A stretch of DNA of 32,000 nt from Pseudodesulfovibrio mercurii. GTDB taxonomy: Bacteria > Desulfobacterota > Desulfovibrionia > Desulfovibrionales > Desulfovibrionaceae. The first letter of the stretch is position 1. Every line of letters begins with the position of its first letter. This document shows positions 7,498 to 14,298 of the stretch, piece by piece. Both the position numbers and the translations under genes were made by a program. The stretch spans positions 750,001 through 782,000 of the forward strand of contig NC_016803.1 of assembly GCF_000189295.2 (NCBI RefSeq), written 5' to 3'. Under the pieces are notes generated by a model, which searched no databases, was not told where the DNA came from, and saw only the letters and a program-made list of their open reading frames with translations.

Positions 7498-8334
7498 TTG
7501 GACGCCTCCCTCGAAGAGTCCATCCGCAGCCTCGCGCACCCCGGCGCCCTGCCCTGGGGCGGCAACGGACCGGTCCTGGACGTGAACGACGTGGCCGAAC
7601 TGGCCGGGGAGCACGGCGTGCCCGGCCATGAGGTCGAGGCCCTGGCCCTGATCCAGGGCGTCACGCCCGCCCGCTACCTGCGCAACCGGGAGTCCGTGTC
7701 CCGCGAGGACCAGATCCGCCTGCTCCGGGCGAGCGTGGCCCAGGTGGGACTCGGCGGACTGGGCGGCTCCCTGCTGGAGCAGTTCCTGCGCCTGGGCGTC
7801 GGCACCGTGCGCGCGGCCGACGGCGACGTGTTCGAACCCTCCAACCTGAACCGCCAGGCCCTGTCCACCCTGGACGGGTGCGGCCGCCTCAAGACCCGCG
7901 CGGCCCGTCTCCGGGCGGCGGAGATCAACCCATCCGTCACCCTTCAGACCCACGCGGAATACCTGACCCCGGAGACCCTGCCCGATTTTCTGGACGGCTG
8001 CGACCTGGCCCTGGACGCCCTGGGCGGTCTGACCATGCGCGGCCACCTGCAACACGCCGCGTCCGACGCGGGTATCCCCCTGGTGACCGGGGCCCTGGCC
8101 GGATGGACCGGCTTCGTCGCCGTGGTCATGCCCGGCCAGCTCGGCCCGGCGGACCTCATGGGCACGGACAACGGCGCCGAGGAGCGCCTCGGCTGCCCGG
8201 CCCCGGCCGTGAACTTCATCGCCTCGCTGATGGCCTCGGAAGCGGTCAACCTCCTGACCGGCGCGCCGACCCTGGCCGGGAAGATGCTCATGACCGACCT
8301 GCGCTCGCACACCTTCGAGGTCGTCTCCCTCTGA
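7498..8334 (+). CDS. ThiF/MoeB/HesA-family E1-like adenylyltransferase with an N-terminal extension.
   Basis: TTG start at 7498. RYLRNRESVSREDQIRLLRASVAQVGLGGLGG is a Gly-rich nucleotide loop and DGDVFEPSNLNRQ is a family motif. No CxxC pairs and no rhodanese domain are visible. About 55 aa precede the E1 core. Confidence 0.88.
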   Translation: MDASLEESIRSLAHPGALPWGGNGPVLDVNDVAELAGEHGVPGHEVEALALIQGVTPARYLRNRESVSREDQIRLLRASVAQVGLGGLGGSLLEQFLRLGVGTVRAADGDVFEPSNLNRQALSTLDGCGRLKTRAARLRAAEINPSVTLQTHAEYLTPETLPDFLDGCDLALDALGGLTMRGHLQHAASDAGIPLVTGALAGWTGFVAVVMPGQLGPADLMGTDNGAEERLGCPAPAVNFIASLMASEAVNLLTGAPTLAGKMLMTDLRSHTFEVVSL

Positions 8335-8354
8335 TCCGGTGTCAATTCCTTCCG

Positions 8355-8378
8355 CATTATGTTTTCATTGACGTAATT
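8355..8378. promoter_or_regulatory. Second copy of the candidate operator: CATTATGT-N8-ACGTAATT.
   Basis: cattatgt tttcattg acgtaatt: the arms match 6 of 8 as an inverted repeat. It overlaps the TTGACG -35 candidate of the ModE-like/tup promoter. Confidence 0.35.
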
Positions 8379-8397
8379 CCGAAGATTCGTCTATTTT
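8368..8397 (+). promoter_or_regulatory. Sigma70-like promoter candidate for the ModE-like regulator and tup operon.
   Basis: TTGACG (8368-8373), an 18-nt spacer, then TATTTT (8392-8397). This is about 65 nt upstream of ATG 8463. Confidence 0.3.
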
Positions 8398-8462
8398 CAT
8401 CAGTTAGCAGGATATCAAACTGAAACGGCTTCTTTTTTTGACCGCGAACTCCGAGGTGCCCC

Positions 8463-8849
8463 ATGAAACGGAACCCAGAAATCATACTCAGATTGCGCGT
8501 CTGGCTCGAACAGGAAGACCAGACCTACATCGGCATCGGCAGCACCCTGCTGCTCCAACAGGTGGAAAAACTCGGCTCCCTGCGCAAGGCGGCCGAAGCC
8601 CTGGGCATGTCCTACCGGCGCGCCTGGGGCAAACTGAAGAGCGCCGAGGAGCGCATCGGCAAGCCCCTGGTGGAGAAGACCAAGGGCAAGGGCCAGCGCT
8701 TCAACCTCTCGCCCTACGGCAAGGAGGTCATGGAGGAATTCCTGCAATTCTACCTGGATGTTGAGGAATACGCCACCAAGCGCGCCACGGAAGTGCTCGG
8801 CATGGACGTCACCAAGTCCGGCGAATTCTACCGCGACGACATGGAATAG
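8463..8849 (+). CDS. Short ModE-N-terminal-like winged-helix regulator (128 aa, no Mop/TOBE domain).
   Basis: LGSLRKAAEALGMSYRRAWGKLKSAEERIGKPLVEKTKGKG resembles the ModE DNA-binding domain. The protein ends before any molybdate-binding di-Mop region. It lies directly upstream of tupA. Confidence 0.85.
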   Translation: MKRNPEIILRLRVWLEQEDQTYIGIGSTLLLQQVEKLGSLRKAAEALGMSYRRAWGKLKSAEERIGKPLVEKTKGKGQRFNLSPYGKEVMEEFLQFYLDVEEYATKRATEVLGMDVTKSGEFYRDDME

Positions 8850-8903
8850 CACCTCATCTTGTTTGGGGTCAGCGGATACAACTGTTCATCAATGGAGGAA
8901 CGA

Positions 8904-9728
8904 ATGAAACGTTTGCTTATCGCCGTCCTGTCCTGCCTGATCATCACGGCCATGGCCCTGCCCGTCATGGCGGGTCAGACCCTGATGATGGCCACCACCA
9001 CCAGCACCGCCAACACCGGCCTGCTGGACGACCTGATCGTGCCGAAATTTCTGAAGGACACCGGCATTGAGATCAAGTACATCGCCGTGGGTACCGGCAA
9101 GGCCCTGGCCATGGCCGAGAACTGCGACGTGGACGTGGTCCTGGTGCATGCCCCCGCGTCCGAGAAGGCCTACGTGGACAAGGGCGTGCTCGTCGACCGC
9201 AAGGAACTCATGTACAACGACTTCGTCATCATCGGCCCGGCCTCCGACCCGGCGGGCGTGAAGGGCATGAACGTGGCCGACGCGCTGAAGACCATCGCCG
9301 AGAAGCAGGCCGTCTTCGCCAGCCGCGGCGACAACTCCGGCACCCACAAGAAGGAGCTCTCCCTGTGGAAGGCCGCCGGCATGGCCGTGCCCGAGAAGGC
9401 CGCCTGGTACATCCAGACCGGCCAGGGCATGCTCCCGACCATCAACATCGCCAACGAGAAGAACGGCTACACCATGACCGACCGCGGCACCTACATCAAG
9501 TACGCGGACACCAAGGGCGGCAACCCGCCGCTGGTGGTCCTGGTGGAAGGCGACAAGGTCCTGTTCAACCAGTACAGCGCCCTGGCCGTGAACACCGCCA
9601 AGTGCAAGGACGCCCAGTACGACCTGGCCACCAAGTTCATCAACTGGATGGCCTCCCCGGACGTCCAGAAGGCCATCGGCGACTTCAAGCTGCTCGGCAA
9701 GCCGCTGTTCACCCCCAACGCGAAGTAA
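8904..9728 (+). CDS. tupA: Tungstate ABC transporter periplasmic binding protein.
   Basis: Track ORF 8859..9728, trimmed to ATG 8904, which is preceded by GGAGGA. Signal peptide MKRLLIAVLSCLIITAMALPVMA. The TupA-type motif MATTTSTANTGLLDDL and GDNSGTHKKE are present. Confidence 0.88.
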   Translation: MKRLLIAVLSCLIITAMALPVMAGQTLMMATTTSTANTGLLDDLIVPKFLKDTGIEIKYIAVGTGKALAMAENCDVDVVLVHAPASEKAYVDKGVLVDRKELMYNDFVIIGPASDPAGVKGMNVADALKTIAEKQAVFASRGDNSGTHKKELSLWKAAGMAVPEKAAWYIQTGQGMLPTINIANEKNGYTMTDRGTYIKYADTKGGNPPLVVLVEGDKVLFNQYSALAVNTAKCKDAQYDLATKFINWMASPDVQKAIGDFKLLGKPLFTPNAK

Positions 9729-9748
9729 CTTCAGCAAACCGATCCGAA

Positions 9749-9779
9749 GGGGGGAGGGAGGCGGCAACTCCCTCCCCCC
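9749..9779 (+). other. Perfect polypurine/polypyrimidine stem-loop between tupA and tupB.
   Basis: ggggggagggag (9749-9760) pairs perfectly with ctccctcccccc (9768-9779) around the 7-nt loop gcggcaa. No U-tract follows. Confidence 0.6.
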
Positions 9780-9795
9780 TCTTCACGAGACCAAC

Positions 9796-10491
9796 ATGGA
9801 ATATCTGCTCCAAGGCTTTCTGCAAGGGTTCCGGCTCCTGTTCTCGGGAGATCCGGAGGCCTACTCCGCCATCTGGGCCACGGTCTACGCCTCGACCCTG
9901 TCCATGACGTGCAGCATGGCCCTGGGCGTGCCCCTGGGGTTCCTGCTCGGCTACAAGAAATTTCCCGGAAAGAAGGTCGTCCGCACCATCGTGGACACCC
10001 TGCTCTCCTTCCCCACCGTGGTCATCGGCCTGGTGGTCTACGCCTTTCTGACGCGCAACGGCCCGCTCGGCGGCACCGGCCTGCTCTTCACCATCCCCGG
10101 CATGGCCATCGGCCAGGCCCTGCTCGGCCTGCCCATCATCGTGGCCATGACCGCCAACGCCGTGGAGTCCCTGGACAAACGGCTGCCCATGACCCTGATC
10201 ACCTTGGGCGCCACGCCGACCCAGATGATGTGGGCCACGGTCCTGGAGGCGCGCTACTCCATCATGCTCGCGGCCATGGCCGCCTACGGACGCATCGTCT
10301 CCGAGGTGGGCATCTCCATGATGGTCGGCGGCAACATCAAGTGGCACACCCGGACCATCACCACGGCCATCGCGCTGGAGACCGGCAAGGGCGAATTCGC
10401 CGTGGGCATCGCGCTCGGCATGGTTCTCCTGACCGTGGCCCTGCTGGTCAACATCGGGGCCGTCGGGCTCAAGAAGCGGGCCGTGCAATGA
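9796..10491 (+). CDS. tupB: Tungstate ABC transporter permease.
   Basis: A 231-aa polytopic membrane protein (MEYLLQGFLQGFRLLFSG...LSFPTVVIGLVVY...) located between tupA and the ATPase gene. Its stop overlaps the next start (ATGA). Confidence 0.85.
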   Translation: MEYLLQGFLQGFRLLFSGDPEAYSAIWATVYASTLSMTCSMALGVPLGFLLGYKKFPGKKVVRTIVDTLLSFPTVVIGLVVYAFLTRNGPLGGTGLLFTIPGMAIGQALLGLPIIVAMTANAVESLDKRLPMTLITLGATPTQMMWATVLEARYSIMLAAMAAYGRIVSEVGISMMVGGNIKWHTRTITTAIALETGKGEFAVGIALGMVLLTVALLVNIGAVGLKKRAVQ

Positions 10492-11156
10492 GCGCCCTCG
10501 TCGTTCTCGACCACATCCGGCAGCGGTATTCGGACCGGACCGTCCTCGACATCGAACACCTGGAGTTCGCCGAGGGGACCATCTCCGGCCTGGCCGGGCC
10601 CAACGGCTCGGGCAAGTCCACCCTGCTGTGCCTGCTCGCCCTCCTGGAGCCCCCGGCGCAGGGGACCATCACCTTTCTCGGCCGCCCGGCCCACCCCGGG
10701 TCCGCCGTGACCCGGCAGGTCTCCCTGCTGGTCCAGGAGCCCTACCTGCTCAAGCGCACGGTCTTCGCCAACGTGGCCTACGGCCTGCGTATCCGCGGCA
10801 AAAACGACATTCCGGCCAAGGTCTTCCGGGCGCTCGAAATCGTCGGCCTCGACCCCGGCGTCTTCGCCAGGCGGCAGTGGTTCGAACTATCCGGCGGAGA
10901 GGTCCAGCGCGTGGCCCTGGCCGCCCGGCTGGTCATCAAGCCCAAGCTCCTGCTCATGGACGAGCCCACGGCCAGCCTGGACGCCAAGAGCGCCGAGCTG
11001 ATCCACCAGGCCGCCCTGTCCGCCCGCGACGAATACGGCGCGAGCCTGGTCGTGGCCAGCCACGACATGCCCTGGCTCAAGACCCTGGCCGACCACATCC
11101 ATTACCTGGACGAAGGCCGCCTGGTGCGGACCGTCCAACATTCGGAGGAACCATGA
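10488..11156 (+). CDS. tupC: Tungstate ABC transporter ATP-binding protein.
   Basis: In frame within track ORF 9909..11156. ATG 10488 overlaps the tupB stop. Walker A GPNGSGKST, signature LSGGEVQRV and Walker B LLLMDEPT are present. Confidence 0.88.
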   Translation: MSALVVLDHIRQRYSDRTVLDIEHLEFAEGTISGLAGPNGSGKSTLLCLLALLEPPAQGTITFLGRPAHPGSAVTRQVSLLVQEPYLLKRTVFANVAYGLRIRGKNDIPAKVFRALEIVGLDPGVFARRQWFELSGGEVQRVALAARLVIKPKLLLMDEPTASLDAKSAELIHQAALSARDEYGASLVVASHDMPWLKTLADHIHYLDEGRLVRTVQHSEEP

Positions 11157-11860
11157 AGGCAGTCTCCATCATCGGGCCCAAAAATTCCGGCAAGACCACC
11201 CTGGGCGTACAGCTCGCCCACTACTTCAAGGCGCAGGGACTGACCGTGTCCGCGGCCAAGTTCAGCCACCACGGCTTCGACTGGAGCGACGCAGACACCA
11301 CGGACTACGCGGCCGTCTGCGACACCGTGGCCGGGCTGGGCCCCAAGGAGACCTTCGTCCAGTGGACCCGGCACCGTTTCCTGCCGGACCTGCTGCCGCT
11401 CCTGACCAACGACGTGCTCCTGGTGGAGGGCGGCAAGGAACTCGGCTTCCTGCCGCGCATCCTCTGCCTGCGCGGGGACCTGTCCGACGGCATCGACTGG
11501 CTGCACCCGGAGCTGGCCATCGCCAGCGTGGGCGAGACCTCCGTGGACGGCGTGCCGATGATCAACGACATCCAGGCCCTGGCCGACGTCGTCCTGGAAA
11601 AGGGATTCTTCCTGCCGGGCATGGACTGCGAGACCTGCGGGCGTCCGGACTGCCGGACCCTGGCCGCCGAAATCGTGGCGGGCAAGGTCACGCCCAGGGC
11701 CTGCCTGGCCATGCACAACTCCATCCAGGTGGACATCGACGGCGCGGCGGTGGGCATGAAGCCCTTCGTGGAGGACATCATCTCCGCCTCCATCCGCGAG
11801 ATGATCCGCACCCTCAAGGGGTACGCGCCGGGCAAGGCGACCATCAAACTGGACGTCTAG
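11153..11860 (+). CDS. mobB: MobB-like P-loop protein fused to a Cys-rich (putative Fe-S) domain.
   Basis: In frame within track ORF 10628..11860. ATG 11153 overlaps the tupC stop and is preceded by GGAGGA. MKAVSIIGPKNSGKTTLGVQLAHYFKAQG is the MobB P-loop. The C-terminal LPGMDCETCGRPDCRTLAAEIVAGKVTPRAC has the C-x2-C-x4-C-x16-C pattern. Confidence 0.82.
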   Translation: MKAVSIIGPKNSGKTTLGVQLAHYFKAQGLTVSAAKFSHHGFDWSDADTTDYAAVCDTVAGLGPKETFVQWTRHRFLPDLLPLLTNDVLLVEGGKELGFLPRILCLRGDLSDGIDWLHPELAIASVGETSVDGVPMINDIQALADVVLEKGFFLPGMDCETCGRPDCRTLAAEIVAGKVTPRACLAMHNSIQVDIDGAAVGMKPFVEDIISASIREMIRTLKGYAPGKATIKLDV

Positions 11861-11863
11861 GCC

Positions 11864-12325
11864 GTGCGCATCGTCCTCTTCGAGCCGGAGATCCCGCCCA
11901 ACACCGGCAACATCGCCCGGCTGTGCGCGGCCACCAGGACCCCGCTGCACCTCATCGAGCCACTGGGGTTCTCCATCGACGACAAGCACCTCAAGCGCGC
12001 CGGGCTGGACTACTGGCCCGCCGTGGACCTGACCGTGCACCCGGACTTCGACCACTTCCTTGCGACCGTGGCCCCGCCGCGCCTGGTCATGGCCACCACC
12101 AAGGCGCGCATCGCGCACCACCGCTTTGCCTTCCGGGCCGACGACGCCATCGTCCTCGGCCCGGAGACGCGCGGCCTGCCCATGGAGCTGATGGAGGGGC
12201 ACGCCATGGTGCGCATCCCCATCTGGGGCGAGGTGCGCAGCCTGAACCTGTCCACGGCCACGGGCATCCTGCTCTTCGAGGCCCTGCGCCAGACGGACTC
12301 CATCGTGGACGCGTTCCCGGCTTGA
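11864..12325 (+). CDS. trmL: tRNA (cytidine/uridine34-2'-O)-methyltransferase, SpoU/TrmL family.
   Basis: GTG start. MRIVLFEPEIPPNTGNIARLCAATRTPLHLIEPLGFSIDDKHLKRAGLDYW closely parallels E. coli TrmL (YibK). GPETRGLP and SLNLS motifs are present. Confidence 0.92.
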   Translation: MRIVLFEPEIPPNTGNIARLCAATRTPLHLIEPLGFSIDDKHLKRAGLDYWPAVDLTVHPDFDHFLATVAPPRLVMATTKARIAHHRFAFRADDAIVLGPETRGLPMELMEGHAMVRIPIWGEVRSLNLSTATGILLFEALRQTDSIVDAFPA

Positions 12326-12399
12326 GTTTCGGGCGTCCCGGCGGTAGACTGCCATCGTCAAAGTAGTCTCCCAACCCTTTTACCGGACCCGACACACCC

Positions 12400-13416
12400 A
12401 TGAAACTTCTCGTCACCGGCGGCTGCGGCTTCATCGGCACCAACTTCATCCGGCTCATGCTGGCCGCCCACCCGGACTGGTCCATCGTCAACCTGGACAA
12501 GCTGACCTATGCGGGCAACTGTCTGAATCTCCTGGACATTGAGAAAACCGAACCGCGCTACGCCTTCGTACACGGCGACATCTGCGACCGCGACCTGGTC
12601 ATGGACCTGCTGACCGACAACGGGGTGGACGCGGTGGTCAACTTCGCGGCCGAGTCCCACGTGGACCGGTCCATCAACGACCCGTCGCCGTTCGTGACCA
12701 CCAACGTGGGCGGGGCCCAGAACCTCATGGAGTGCGCCCGCCAGTGCGGCATCGGGCGGTTCGTCCACGTGTCCACGGACGAGGTCTACGGCACCCTCGG
12801 GCCCTCGGGAAAGTTCACCGAGACCACCCCGCTCGCGCCCAACAGCCCGTATTCGGCCAGCAAGGCGGGCGCGGACCTCATGGCCCGGGCCTACTTCGAG
12901 ACCTACCGCTTTCCCGTGCTGATCACCCGCTGCTCCAACAACTACGGACCCTACCAATTCCCGGAGAAGCTCATCCCGCTCATGTACCTGAACGCAAAGG
13001 CGGACAAACCCCTTCCGGTCTACGGCGACGGGCTCAACGTGCGCGACTGGATCTTCGTGGACGACCACTGCCGGGGCGTGGAGCTGACCCTGACCAGGGG
13101 ACGCGAGGGCCAGGTCTACAACTTCGGCGGCGCGGCCGAGGAGACCAACATCTCGGTGGTAAGGACCCTGCTGTCCATCGTGGGCAAGCCCGAGTCGCTG
13201 ATCACCCACGTCACCGACCGGCCGGGCCACGACAAGCGGTACGCCATGGACTTCTCCCTGGCCGCCGAGGAACTCGGCTTCGCCCCGACCCTGCCCTTCG
13301 CCGAGGGGCTGGCCCGGACCATCGCCTGGTACGAGGCCAACGGGACCTGGCTTGAACAGGTTCAGAGCGGCGAGTACCGGAGCTTCATGGACACCTGGTA
13401 CGAGGAGCGCGCCTGA
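12400..13416 (+). CDS. rfbB: dTDP-glucose 4,6-dehydratase.
   Basis: MKLLVTGGCGFIGTNFIR, DKLTYAGN, AAESHVDRSI and YSASKAG (the YxxxK motif) are present. Confidence 0.93.
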   Translation: MKLLVTGGCGFIGTNFIRLMLAAHPDWSIVNLDKLTYAGNCLNLLDIEKTEPRYAFVHGDICDRDLVMDLLTDNGVDAVVNFAAESHVDRSINDPSPFVTTNVGGAQNLMECARQCGIGRFVHVSTDEVYGTLGPSGKFTETTPLAPNSPYSASKAGADLMARAYFETYRFPVLITRCSNNYGPYQFPEKLIPLMYLNAKADKPLPVYGDGLNVRDWIFVDDHCRGVELTLTRGREGQVYNFGGAAEETNISVVRTLLSIVGKPESLITHVTDRPGHDKRYAMDFSLAAEELGFAPTLPFAEGLARTIAWYEANGTWLEQVQSGEYRSFMDTWYEERA

Positions 13417-14291
13417 TGCGCATGGAGGGGGCGCGGATCGCCGTTCTGGGCGGACGGACCGGGCTGCTCGGCCAGGCCCTGACCACGGCCTTCGGTCGCG
13501 CCGGAGCCCTGCCCTTTCCCCTATCCCGGCGCGACTGCGACGTCCTGGACCCGCTCAGCGTGGAGCAGTGGCTCGACAAGAACGACCCGGACCTGCTGGT
13601 CAACGCCACGGGCTACACCCAGGTGGACCTGGCCGAGGACGAGCCGGACCAGGCCTTCGCCCTGAACGGGTCGGTTCCGCCGCTCCTGGCCACCCTGGCC
13701 GCGCGCCGGGCCATCCCCTTCGTCCACTACAGCACGGACTTCGTCTTCAATGGCCGCAAGCGCACGCCCTACACCGAATACGACGAGCCCAACGCGGTCT
13801 CGGTCTACGGCATCAGCAAGGCGGACGGCGAGCGCGGCCTGCTCAAGCTCGGCTACGAGCGCACCCTGATCATCCGCATCTCCTGGCTCTTCGGCCCGGG
13901 CCGGACGAATTTCGTGAAGAAGATCCTGGGGCTGGCCGACGTTCACAGGAAGCTGACCGTGGTCAACGACCAGGTCGGCTCCCCGTCCTACACCCCGGAC
14001 ATCGCGGAGAACACCGTCAAGCTGCTGGAAAAGGACGCCACCGGCCTCTTCCACCTGGCCAACTCGGGCGAAACTTCCTGGCACGGACTGGCCAACACCG
14101 CCGTGAACCTGGCGGGCAAGGACTGCACGGTCTCGCCCGTGCCCACCACGGCCTACCCCACCAAGGCCTTCCGGCCGTCCTACTCGGTGCTCGACCTGGC
14201 CAAATTCACCCGGACCACGGGCATAACCCCGCGCCGCTGGGAAGACGCCCTCAGACAGTACGTCCTGGGCGACCTCGGCCTGGGGGCCTGA
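13416..14291 (+). CDS. rfbD: dTDP-4-dehydrorhamnose reductase.
   Basis: Its ATG overlaps the rfbB stop. VHYSTDFVFNG, YGISKADGE, IRISWLFG, VVNDQVGSPSYTPDIAE and PVPTTAYPTKAFRPSYSVLD are present. Confidence 0.92.
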   Translation: MRMEGARIAVLGGRTGLLGQALTTAFGRAGALPFPLSRRDCDVLDPLSVEQWLDKNDPDLLVNATGYTQVDLAEDEPDQAFALNGSVPPLLATLAARRAIPFVHYSTDFVFNGRKRTPYTEYDEPNAVSVYGISKADGERGLLKLGYERTLIIRISWLFGPGRTNFVKKILGLADVHRKLTVVNDQVGSPSYTPDIAENTVKLLEKDATGLFHLANSGETSWHGLANTAVNLAGKDCTVSPVPTTAYPTKAFRPSYSVLDLAKFTRTTGITPRRWEDALRQYVLGDLGLGA

Positions 14292-14298
14292 GCCCGGC

